From Paragordius varius (taxonomy: Eukaryota > Animalia > Nematomorpha): DNA of 64,000 nt. The DNA is taken from the NCBI GenBank assembly GCA_964247055.1, contig OZ176053.1, positions 6,076,001 through 6,140,000 of the forward strand. The letters run 5' to 3'. Below, piece by piece: positions 1 through 13,600 of the stretch. Each line of letters starts with the position of its first letter. The first letter of the stretch is position 1. Position numbers and translations under genes: made by a program. The notes under the pieces are model-generated. The model worked only from the letters and a program-made list of their open reading frames with translations, did no database searches and was not told the DNA's origin.

Positions 1-1657
1 TGTTTAACTCTGTAAATTACGTTTCTCCAGATCCATTCTTTTTTGTTTTAACAAACACTACATTTTCCACCGCTTAAAATTTAATTCTCTGTAGCAAATA
101 TATTGTTGCCTAATCTAAATATCATCTATTGTTTGTTCTTTTGTTTGGGATCTATTTATTGATTATTAACATTATCGCTATGTAATTCAATTGATTGAAA
201 TGCTATATAAAAATCAAATATTTTTTGCTTTCTCTAATCTACGACTGGAGTAAAACAATCGTTTAATATTTGTAAGTTAATAATTTATGATATGCATTAT
301 GAAATTTTTTAACAATAAATAACTCTAAATATCATATAATGCTGTAACGATTTAGCAGCTGAACCATGTTTTAATAATTTTTTTGAAAAATATTTTATTA
401 AACCATAATATATAAATAAAAAATAAACTATTCAAGATGGAATAGAGCGGACCTATAACATTTTAAAAGCAATGGGTTGAGTAAACCTAAAATGGGCCTT
501 CTTTGAGGATTTAAATTTTTACAAAAGTTTTTTTAGTAATAAAGAAATAAGTTCACCTGCAAAAAGATTTTGAGAAAAATGGAATTTAAAGCAAGATTAG
601 TTTTTGTTATTCGTCTTTTTTTTATAAATGTGGTGGGTGTTTAATTTTTTTTGGTTTCGTTAACTCACTATAACTTTAAATGCTACACATATTAATTAAT
701 TTATAATTAATTACAAATTTTATTGTGTAATAACAGTTGATGATGTTATCTATACATAAATATAAGCGTTGATTTCGCCTAATTTTTGCCGTGATCAAAT
801 TAATATTATAAAAAACTATAATATATAAAAAATTTTAAATTTGGCATTGTACAAAATGACTCATGTAATATAATATATTTTTCCTGTTGCTTTTTACACC
901 TTAATGGTGAGAGAAATACTCTCATTTTAATAAAAAGCAATAAAAATTTTACTTTTGTTCTTCCTTTCATATATGATATACCTTTTGTTGTTTTATACCT
1001 TTATTTATATATAGTCTAATTTTTGCTTTGAAGTGTCGCGCTTTTGTGTGACAATATTTTTGGTTGCCTAAATACATGAAAAATGGAAAATGGATGGATG
1101 GTACATTAAAGTTTTTTTGGTTTTGGTGTTCAATAAATGGCTAATTTACTTTCTTTTTTTGACGTTTTGATCTGGTAATTAGTGTAAAAATTTTAGGATA
1201 ATAAATAATTTTATTTTGGATATAAATTAATATTTTCTATATAATGTTAACTGAAAATAATCCTTAGTCAAGAGTTTTTAAATTTCCTTTGATAATATTG
1301 ATTAGAAGCCAAATTTAAATTCTATTTCATTACATAATATTTTGCTTTTTGATTTATCCAGATATATTTTTTATTGCAGATGTTATAGATTTAATTATAT
1401 ACAGTGAGCAATGGAATCACTAATATACTGTTTATATATACAATTTTTTCATGAACCTTTCATTTAATTTTTATCTTATCTTTTTAGCAAATATTTTTTA
1501 GAGATGAACACAGAAAAATTCATTCAAAAACACAGGAATATTCCAATGATTCAGTGTATATGGACTCATTCTAGACTTGAAACTTGAATCAAATTAATTT
1601 CAAATTAACTATTGCCATTTACAATTTTCCGTAATTTCCATATAATAATCACATTAC

Positions 1658-4600
1658 ATGGTTCAAGATGGCTTTAGTAACGCTAACATGTCTGCTGAAA
1701 ATGACAAGCAGTCAAATTATCCCACGCCTGGACCCGTGATAAATGATATTACAGACATGGTATCAACTTTGACAGAATCAATCCAAGGGATTCATTTATC
1801 TAATAATCATAATACTAATTTGCCGAAAACTAATATACGGATTTTAGCTAGCCATAGGGCTCGAAGGGTACGTTTTTACCGGGATGGAGATAAACTCCAT
1901 CGTGGTATAGTTTATGCCATCTCTCGAGAACGATATGGAAGTCTAGATGCCTTGATCAAAGATCTTAATCGATCCTTAGCCGGTGATAATAGGAGTCATC
2001 ATTTACCGCTTGGAGTTCGGCATATTTTTGCTCTAATTAGACCGTGTGGAACGCGTTACAAAAATAAAGATAACCCAATGATTATTACAAATGGGACATC
2101 TTTTAATACTAACAATGTTGTTTCAACTGTAAACACCACAGCTTGTGAAATATTGGACATAACACAATTCGCGGATGAAGATGATTGTGTTTGCTCTTCG
2201 TTTGATCGTTTTACACCCATTGAGTATGCTGAGAATGTGGGCATTCCTAGGTGGTGTTGGAGTTTAGCTAAGCATGAACCCAGTGTATACTATGTACCCT
2301 GTATGAACAATGCTTCAGGGACAAATACAAGCACTTCGGACGTGTCTGCTTGGAATACCACAAATAATGTTGCTATGAATAAGAATCGTATCACAACAAC
2401 CGGTTGTTTTACTACCTCCTCATCCTTTTCTTCGTCATCAAGGCTATCGAGTACGCGAAACTCGACTCAAGCCCTAAACAAACACACCTTGTTATCTGCA
2501 ACAACGACTAAAACATTGCCACCAGATGATTCAAAATGCAGGCAAACGGTTAAAAAAACGGAGGAAAATAATGATTTAATCCTTATATCACAACTAGTCG
2601 ACAATATGTATGATCCCATTTCTTCTGCCGTTATGGCAAATGATGGGTCTGATCAAAATGCAAACTACTCTCGTTCCATTGAATCGTTAGATGACAGATT
2701 GTCTCATTCTGGTGCTAGTCCAGCGTTCTCAGATAAAAAGTCTAAAAACTTGAAATGTGATACAACCGACAACAAAAGCAATGTTAATAATTGTCATATA
2801 TATCCAATTCCTATCTCACTTGCCCCATCCTCTATATCCTATAATTCATCATCCATTAGTAGTTGTTCATCCATCATTTCGACATCGAATCAATCTTCAA
2901 ACCATAACCAAAATGTACGACAAACAGTTTCTAACAACAGTAAGAATGATAAAAATAAAAATTTATCCGTTACAAAAGTGCTAACCATCAAATCAAAAGT
3001 ACAAGACGCTGGTAATGCTAACGGGTCTCGGGCAGCCTCATTTGATCAAATATTAGATTTACCAACGACAGATTCGCGCCAAGCCGGTAAAAGTGTTAAA
3101 AAATTATTATCAACCACAAATTTATCCAGTGAAACATGTAGTATCCATGATCTCTCAAACGAACTTGCCACGAGAAATATCATTAAAAACAACCAACATA
3201 ATCTCGATGATTTTACTCCTGACATTTGCGACATGATACGCACTTCCAATGAGCGGTTAAATGTAAAAAATGGTGATATTGAATATCTTACCGTTGTTGT
3301 ACCAAATAAAACGACCCCACAATCCCCTCTTTTACATAGGCGTATCACTAAAGTTTTAGAGCCTACAGTACATTCGAGATCCAGCTTCACTTATTATCCT
3401 TCCACAACAACGGCTTCCAAAATTATCACAATCATAGCTCATCGTACGCATAAAAAGCACAAATTCCTTCTTAGCTGCAAAACGGCACGTAGCCTTGAAC
3501 AAGTTTTTAAGGGTATAAGTGAAATGGTTCGACAAGACAGTGGCCCTGTCCGTAAACTTTATGCTCTTGGAAGTGGGTTAGAGGTAAATGTTTATAATTA
3601 CACAATCTAGTTTATCTTGGTATCATCTGTTTTATCCTGATATACTGTATTGTTGGATAAAAGAATTAATTTATTATATAATAACTTGTGCATATTTTTG
3701 ACTCTCTAAAGATATATATATATGTATTGCTATAGTAAAAAAATTTAAGTTTCGGTTTTATCAATTGAGCTGCCACATGTAAAAGGATGCGTGTTTTTGC
3801 CAAAAATCAAAGTGAACTTTATATAAGTTTTTGCAAAAAAAGTGTTTTTTTTAATATTCCTTAATCTACACATGATACATACTTTGGCTACGTGAGACAT
3901 CAGCTATGGATTTAACTGTCTTACGTAAATAGCACTATTGCCAAATATTAATAAGGGGATTTTTTTATTTATTCTTAAGGGTTTATGGGTATTTTGGAGC
4001 AAATTTTAAATTTGCCGTATATTTCGAAATTTACCCTCGCACAACAGAGCGATTCCATTTTATTACATTGCTCATAAAGTTTCCAAATAGTTATACATTT
4101 GGTAAATATAGAAAAAATCAACTCATAGCCAGTAAAATTTCCTTTTTTCTGCTATGCTATAATCTAACCACTAAATGAACCTTTTTATAAATGAGCTATT
4201 TTTTTTGTGCCCACCAATGAAAAGAACTTATATACATGTGTTTTCGTTTTTGTTCTGGTTGTTTTAGTTTCCTAATAAACAGAAAACTAGTGTGTCACAA
4301 TATTTTCCATCTTACTGGTTTAATTTGGGCTGGAAACCTAATTTATATTATGTATAGTTATAACTTGAAAATTTACTGTAAATTTTGTTAGGCCAAACTA
4401 TTCGTAAGAAAATAGAGAAAAAATTGAATGTATCCAAACGAGTATAATTTTTTTAGCTTTTTCTCGATCAAATTTATACATTTACATGTTTTCTTATTCA
4501 CCAATCAAAATAAACCCTATAGCTCCTTATTAATTAAACATGAAAATTTGAAATCTCCGCCATAAAAGTATTTGATGTTGACTTATTATTATCATACACC

Positions 4601-7600
4601 TTGCTAGTTTAATTCTATAAAAGCGCTGTAATATGAAATTATTTCTTTTTTATACAAGCTTTAGTTTTTAAACCAAATATTTAAAATATTGTTGTATTCA
4701 AAAGATGATATGAGAAGGGAATATATATTGCAAAAAGCGATTTAAATGATTGATTTATGCGAGTTTTTAGGTTATGTTGTATGAATTTAAGAGTTCCTGT
4801 TCTTTGTATATAATCTTATTGTTATATATTTATTCCACAAATCCTTTGATCCATTTTAAACATATACATATATAAAGTACAGTACAAAAATTATTTAAAC
4901 TCTCTGATATTCTCTTACTTTTTATATAGGATTAAAATTACAACAAAAATTACATATTTTGAATATATCTCCCTAAGATTTTATTTTGCACCTTGGCGAA
5001 TAGATTAATGATTAAAAAAGAAAATAGTAGTGAATTATTTATGAAACATATTTTTTATTCCGATAAATTTTGCTAAAATGAAATATTTTATAACCCCTCT
5101 AGTTAGCAATCAAACTTTATAGTTCATTAATCTTTTTTGAGTTTTGGTATGCAAACTGCTGCTTAAAAAACGTTAGCTTTTCCGTTTTCTATATTTGACA
5201 ATTCTTTTACCAGTCATTTTTACCAAAAATTTAATTAAATTTATTTTAATAATAATAAAATAATATTTATAGGTTTTGGAAACGTTATGATTATTATATT
5301 ATCTAAATTAGATGTAAGTTTTTTAGCAACTTAAAAATCTTATTTTTACGTATTTTGAAACTGGTTACTACAAAACCTAATGAAACATGGATGGCTGTTT
5401 TGTTTCAATTTGAGATAACAATAATCATAATAGATGAGGGTCTCAAAATGATTTTTTTGAAATAAATACAGTTAATTACCATAGGCGCCTTCCTTGTCAC
5501 ATGTCATATATATTTGGAGATTAAGATAAAAATTTCAGAATCGAAAGAAGATAACAATTAATTCTATGTGTGCTAAAGGAATTAATTCTGTGGTCTAAAG
5601 AGGTATTTTGAGTGGTGAATAGTAAATATATGCGAACAATTTTATATTTTCGCCAATTAAGATGCTCTTACAACCAATATTAGTTGTTTCTTTTCCTTGT
5701 TTGCAAAAAATGTATCAATCACATTGATAGAATCTTATTGCACCTATTTAAATGGTCATCGCTACTAATTGCTGGAAATATAACTAACACATAATAAAGA
5801 AATTATTTATAGTTAATTCTGTCGTAATTAAGTTAAGTAAAAATGGTATGGTTATTCTTATGTCTTACTATATAATCTAATTTCACATAGGTCAATTGTT
5901 ACACCAATATTTTGTACTTTGCTGCATTACTTTTTTGTCTTTTTTTTCATGATTACTGCAGTTATGGGATGTCGCCAACAAGGTAAATGTAATTTTGAAC
6001 ACACATTTTTTTGGATTTTCTTAAAAATACTCTGTTTCTTATATAAAATGTAATCTACTCCAAAATATCCGATGTGTGCAATAAAAAAAGATTTTATCGT
6101 ATAACTAACTAACTATTAACTATAAATTATTAATGTACTTTTACTGTATTCATATTGGTACAAGCTAAATAATACCTTAGTAGGCATTGTAGTAAAATTT
6201 GTAAAGTATGGTTGGTTTTTTTTGTGTTATCTTCTTAAAACACCAGTTTTTTACGGATGGTTAATAAAGATAATATAAATGGTATAATAAATGGTGTGTA
6301 TTTATCATTTTGAAAAAAGATTTTTTGACATGTTAATTAGGTATATGGTAAGGTTGTTTAAATAGGTATAAAATCTAATTTTTGGATATTGTAATTACTG
6401 TTTGATGGAAAAATTTTTGATGCTTAGTCCACTAAAAATTATTTGTAACGAAATTTAACTCATTTTTCGTGAATAAATTTGGGTGTGTATGTAATTTAGA
6501 GCAGAATGTAATGTAGTTTTTGTTCCCATGTAAATTAAAGAAACATCACACATTTAATTATATGTAAAACAAATTCTTTTTATAATATATTTATTTTATA
6601 GATAACTTTTACATTTTTCCCGTTAAACATTCGATTCGATGTGTTTTCTAGCTAATTTGCATAAAAATGTTTCAATTAATCATATATCATGTATATGTAA
6701 ATGTTGCGTGCACCACATGAAAATATAAATATTTTTTTTATAAAAAAAATTTTTGAGATAAATAATGGTACAGTTAATAAAAAATTTATATATTAAAGGT
6801 CAGTCTTTTATTAGTGAATAAATTTATAATTGATTTCATATATATTTATTTTTTTCTCACTAATTTAAGTCCCTACAATATTATTCTAGCTTATATCTAA
6901 ATACGGGGGTCAGAACCCCTAATAGAGTTTATTTTTTTATGACAAAGTAGCATATAAAGGTGAAAATTTTTATTGAATTTTATTAAATTTTAGATATTAC
7001 ATGATTAAAATAAATTTTCGGTATCAAAACTTTAAAATTAGGATAATCAAATAAATGTGGATATATTTTAAATTATTTCCTTAAGTATTTTATCCGTCCA
7101 TAACAGTACATATAACATATTTAAATATTCTCACAAAACCATTTCAATCATTAATGTTTAACTTGTTAATAATTGAATGTAAAATAAAATTCAATTAATT
7201 ATTTTAAAGTTGCTCAGAAAATATCTTGACCCTAAAATACACTTAAACTTTTTTCATTTATTATTCCCTTGTTTGTATTTGTTCAACAGGTATTTTTTCT
7301 TCTGAGGCATATTTATCAAGAATTTGTTTTTAATTTATTCTATACATGGCTCCAAACTTTTTTAATTATAGATGTTAATATAAGGTACCAGGATATTTCT
7401 TTAACCTTCCTTACCTTTTGGAGTAATTTTCTTCCCCCAAACCGAATTAGAAAATAATTTAAAGATTTCTATGATATTTGGGCGGTGTTTAATAATGCAT
7501 TCTAGGGCCTTTAAGTGTAATATACAAGAAATATTTTAAATAAATGTAAAATAAATAAGCCCTCCAAACTTTTCACTGGGTATTTTTTCGAATTTCCGTT

Positions 7601-10600
7601 AAATCGTCAAAAAATGCCATATGAGTCAAAACAAAATAAATTGATCAAACATTTTAATATATTTTGACAGCAAATTTTTGATAATGTAATCGCAAAATTG
7701 TGAAAAATTAAAGTTTTATATCTGATATAAAATTGAGGAATTCGGGGTTAGAGTTTTAACAGTTTTTCGTCTTTTCAATCATTAAACTTTTTATTTTAAC
7801 GGTGGCAAAGTGAGCACTTAAAAACCCCGTTAGTTCTATAAGCAGGGCGAATGTCCTGAGTTAGAAACTTTTCTCGTTTCGCATAATACTTGTGAAATTA
7901 AATTTTATGTTTTTTCAATTAGGCAGTGATGTGAAAATTAATTATAAAGAAATAAAGTTGCAAGGGACTTTTTTGCTAAATTTACACAATTAACTCTTTC
8001 CTTAAAAATCATAATTTTTAGAGCTTTTTAATTATTATTAAAAAATGCTTTCATTACGAATTTTTTAGATTTCTGTTTAATCTTTTTATATGTCATCAAC
8101 GTGTATATATATATTTACAATCCTAATTTCAATTATTATTACCTTTCAAACATTAACTATTATGGATTTCTAACCTGCCTACTACTAGTATCAAAAGTCA
8201 TATTCATACATTATGAGGTCGTTTCGCATCAGGGGGCAGGAAATCTAAATGTTTTGCTTTATTAATTAAAAGATATATAGGTGTAATGTTTTATTGTGAC
8301 ATGTGTCCACAAAATATATTGTTTAAGCCGTTTGCAAATTTAATAATTGTAATGTATTTCCTTATATACCATTTACAATTTAAATTCCTCCTTGAACAAT
8401 TCAAATTCACCCTCAATAAAATATATATTTTTTAAAATTAAAATTACCTATATTTTTATATACATTTAAAAATAAAAATTTCGTTTTAAATTAAAATATT
8501 ACTGAAAAAATAATAAACTATTCCATAAAGAAATATTTCAAATGAGTTTTATTGAAAACACATAATTTATTTTTAGGGTGAATTCGAATTGTTCAAGGGT
8601 AAATTTGAACTGTAAATGGTATAATTAAAATTCAATAGGTCAAGGAGTTGGGTGATTTACATGTCAAGGGAGAAACGACTTGGGTCGCATGTGGAACAGA
8701 ACGTTTTAATCATGAAGATTTTACCAAAAGTATTTTACACATTCTGAATCTGATTGAACATTAAATCATTTAATAATTCATAAAACTTATTTAGTTTGAT
8801 ATTTATGGGTTTATTAGGTCTTCGAATATTACATTTTCTTATAAAAAATAGTTAATAAGTATGGAAGTTTTTGGATAAAAATTATTTGTTTTTGTGTTTT
8901 AAGACAAATCTCAATCATTTTCTATTAATTAAAACGTTTTTATTTAGTTGTTTCAATTTAGAAATTGCCCTTAATCCCAAGAATCCTTTTTAAGGACAAT
9001 CGAAAATTTCATATATTGTTTTTAATTAAATGTACTACAAATATTATATTAATCATGGACATATTTACGATAGATCTTTTGTCATCTGCTCAAAAATTAC
9101 ATAATCCTGGTGCCACCACTAATAAAGATAATTCTTTGACCAATACGCCAAAAAATTTATTGAATCTAACCTCCTTATCAAAAGATGACGAATTGAAAGT
9201 TAATGCAGTTAAAAAACAAAAACATACACAATCCAGTTGCTCAATGGCTGATAATTTGTGTGGAACGTCCAACACTCTGGGTTTATAAAATATTTTATAT
9301 ATTATATACCATTTAGTGTTCTAATTCACCCTTGAACAATTCCAATTCACCCTTGAACTATTCAAATCCCTTGAAAAACTCACATTTACTCTCAGAATAA
9401 ATTATGTGTTTTCGAACTAATATAATTCATTATTAATAAGAAATATATTTTAATGGCATAGTTTATTTTTTCACTATTATTTTAATTTCAAACGTAATTT
9501 AACTTTTTGAAAATACTTAAAAATATAGGTATTTTTTAATCTTAAAAACAAACAATCTATTTAAGGGCGAGTTTGATTTATTTATAGGGTGAATTTGAAT
9601 TGTAAATGGTATATAATAATATTATTTCCAAAAAAATAATATAAAGTGGTTGAAAATGTTTATATATAGGTTACAACTTATTTTTTAACTATATCTAAAA
9701 TACGCAATTGATATGTAAAAAATATTTTGTTGTTTTAGATCGTAGGACTCGTGATTCAAGATCGGCTCGCCGTTCAATAGCTATTCCAACTATAAAACAG
9801 CCGATAATAGATGATTCATCAACAAGTAAAAAATCAACCGCACCTTCTTTGGAGTCGAAATTGGCAATAGAAAATAGCGACCTAAAACACACCCCATCAA
9901 CGATCAATCTTAACAAACCAAATAAACCGACATCGGTAAAATCTTTTATCTACGATAAATGACGAAAAATTATGAAAAATTAATAAAATAGTAAAGTTTA
10001 TTGGTTAAAACAACATATATAAATAAATATGCATCAGGTTATAGTAATTAATAAAAACTATGTAGTATTTTGTCGAAACGAAGTTTAACAAGGTTTTGCC
10101 CAAATGAAACCTTATTTTATATAAAAGAAAATGCGATATCGAGTTAATATATATGAACAAGCTTTAAATACAAAACATAATTTTTTATTACATTTTAGCG
10201 AAGATCAGAAAATTTAAATTCGGCTTATAGCAATAAAACTTTGCCACTTAAATCAAAACCACCCAAACCAATTATTCCCATAAATATAACACTGGACACG
10301 CCTAATAGCACAAACGCCCTTTCGGGGTCTAAAAATAGGGATAACAAAAAAGTTACAAACCCTAAATTGGAAGATAGTGACCTTAGAATTTTTCCAACAC
10401 CCACCCATCGACCAAAATCAAATGGTGTATTAGCATCAGCTAAAAATATATTAAACACATATGCAACATTACCTAAAAAACGGAAAGAAACAGGAAACAC
10501 TACTCCAAAAAAGCCGGTAGATTCTGTTCATTCCGATCAAAACAACAAAAAGGTATATATTGAAACAAAAATGAAAACTACAAAAGATTTGGCAAATAAA

Positions 10601-13600
10601 ACCGAATTAATGATAGGAGAAAATCATAAAACAAAAAATGAAAGTAACGGTCCCTGTAAACCAAATTCTATGTCATATAAAGGAGGTTCACATCCGATTG
10701 CAGATACAAATGGAGTGGATGGTATATTATAAATATAATTTTAGAAACTAATATTTTACATTGATTTTTATCAATTTTTTTAGAAATATTGTTAGGTGAT
10801 AGCTTAACAAAATTTCTAAATTTAATTAGTATTTATATAAAATTACCCTTTACAAATTAATTTAAGAAACAAGAATGCTTTTGATAACTCATTAGCTTTT
10901 TTAAGATATTAATTAATTTTTTATGAATTTCTTAACATAAAAGAATATATTATACTAGATAAACATCTGACAATGGAAGATGATGCAATGGGCCAAGCAT
11001 TAGAACCAAAAAATATGGAACCAGGGTTTATTTGCCCAAAATTTATAAATAAAAAATATAGCGTTGGTGCTATCATTGGAGACGGAAACTTTGCCATTGT
11101 CCGGGAGTGTAGGAATAGGTTTATTTAATTTTATTTACCTATACAGTCATGTATCCTTTATTTTATCAAAAATTTATTATTTTACGTTAAATGAGTATAA
11201 ATATTTGGTAAAAAATGAAAACAACAAGAGCTCTATGGTAATTATACTTTTTTAATGAATATGATATTGTTAATACCATAGAGCTCTTGTTTTTTTCATT
11301 CTTTACCAAATATTTATACCCATTTAACGAAAAAAAACAAATTTTTGATAAAATAAATGATACATGACTGTAGTTTAAATTTTTATCATATTTTGGCATT
11401 ATATGTAAGTAATTTTTTCTAAATAAATAATATATATTTCTTAAATATCATGTGGTTTATATTTCCAAATATTTATTACATTATTATATTATATAGAAAA
11501 AGTGGATATCCGTTTGCTCTCAAAATTATCGATAAAAATAAGTGCCAAACAAGTATTGAGGTATGATAAACAATTTAACAATATTTTTGTGTTTTTATAT
11601 CATTTTTTAGTATTTAATGTCGAAATACCATTTACAATTCAAATTCATTTTCGAACAATTAATAATATATGTGTTTTCGGGCTGATATAACTCATCAGTA
11701 TTATATTAATTAAACGATATTTTTATTTTTTTAAAATATTAAAAAAATATAGGTAATTTTTAATTTTAAAAAAACACATAATTTATTTTAGGGTGCATTT
11801 GAACTGTAAATGGAATAGATAAAAATCTTAACTTTACAATAAAATACAATTTTTATTTCATCTTTCTATTCCCGTTTAGCGCCAAATGATAGCCAATGAA
11901 GTGTCCATATTAAGGCGTATATCACACCCTAATATTGTTCAACTCTTTGAGGAATATGAAACTCAGTCAAAGCTTTACCTAGTTATTGAATTAGTTAAGG
12001 TAATTCAAAAATATTGAAATCATTACACGTAAGTTAATTTATAAAGGTTAATTGGTTAGCATATTAAATGTATGGACACACTAAATGCATATCTTTCAAG
12101 TTTATTCATCATAATGAAACCATTAAATTTATACGATTACTCAAATTTTATCTTTGATTCGCATACAAAATTTTTGATTTTCAATATTTGCTATATTTTT
12201 AAACTAAAATTGCAACAGGGTGGAGATCTGTTTGACGTTATAGCCCGTGAAATCAAATTTGATGAATTCCAATCTAGTCTTATGATCGCTGATTTAGCCA
12301 ATGCCGTTCATTACCTTCATTATTGCCTTAATGTTGTACACAGGGATATAAAACCCGAAAATTTATTGGTAAATCTTTTTTACTGTTTTCTTTAAACGTT
12401 TGGAAATTTTAGCTATATGATAGATATATATTTTGTTGATATATTTGTAAAACATTATTTTCTAAATTTTTACAAGCATATATGTTCATAATTTTCTTTC
12501 CAATCTGTTTTGAAACACACACTTAAACCCAGTCGAGATTCCAAGGGACCCCTTGACAACAGCCATCTATCTCTTCATATAGTCCACAAAATATATTATT
12601 AAATTTACCATGAATCTGTTAATATTTTTACATTATACTATTAATTTTTGGGAAACTGAGAGCCATCTGAAATGAAAATTTAATTTATATGGTAAAAACC
12701 TAAAAAATAAACATTTAGTATAAGCTACAAGCCCGCGTTTTAAAAATTACTGGGTATTTACACAACAACTTATTTAGATATATATATATATATATATATA
12801 TATCTATAAAATAATAATTATTAGATAGAACTATATTAACTATTCATGATTAATTAGGTTTATCAATGTTCAAATGGACGCAAAGTACTTAAGCTTGCAG
12901 ATTTTGGCCTTGCTATATGTGTGACAGAACCGCTTTTTACGGTGTGTGGGACACCGGCTTATGTAGCGCCAGAAATCTTGGCTGAAACAGGGTAATTCTT
13001 AAAAATTACATTGTTTAATAACTGCAAATATATGTAATTTTAATTATAAAATTTTGAATTGAGTGTTATCAATAAAGTTTCATTTTTTTAAAACATAGAA
13101 TTAAAATGAATAGTAAATTATTTCTAATTTGAGTGATAAAGATAGGTGATTGAATGAAAATGTTTTAGTAAAAAAGAAATGATAAAGATAGCCATACTTA
13201 TTAAACCTCTATTTTTTATATTTGATTAACTTTTCGTTTTGCAAATTAAGGATAAATTGTGCTACTGTTTATATATTTTAAAATTGTAACTAACTAGATT
13301 ATGTAAAAAAATCAAGGATCAAAAGTATGTTTGTTTTTACAAAAAATATTTGTTTTTTACTTTTTGTGTTAGTTATTTGCATTTTTACTGGAAGTGTAGG
13401 GCTTTTAACGCAAACTATTTTTAATTATATTTTTTAATTTTCTTTTATCAATAATATAGATACGGACTTGAAATCGATATTTGGGCAATGGGCGTTATTT
13501 TGTATATTTTATTGTGTGGATTCCCACCATTTGATAGGTAAAATTTTTAGATCCCATTTTTATATCATTTTGATACGAATTTTTTTAATAATTATATATT

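Noticed and set aside
7269-7457. Many 60-110-aa ORFs rich in F/I/L/K/N across introns and intergenic DNA
   Set aside because: Expected by chance in very AT-rich DNA, often starting at alternative codons, with no conserved motifs or splice support.
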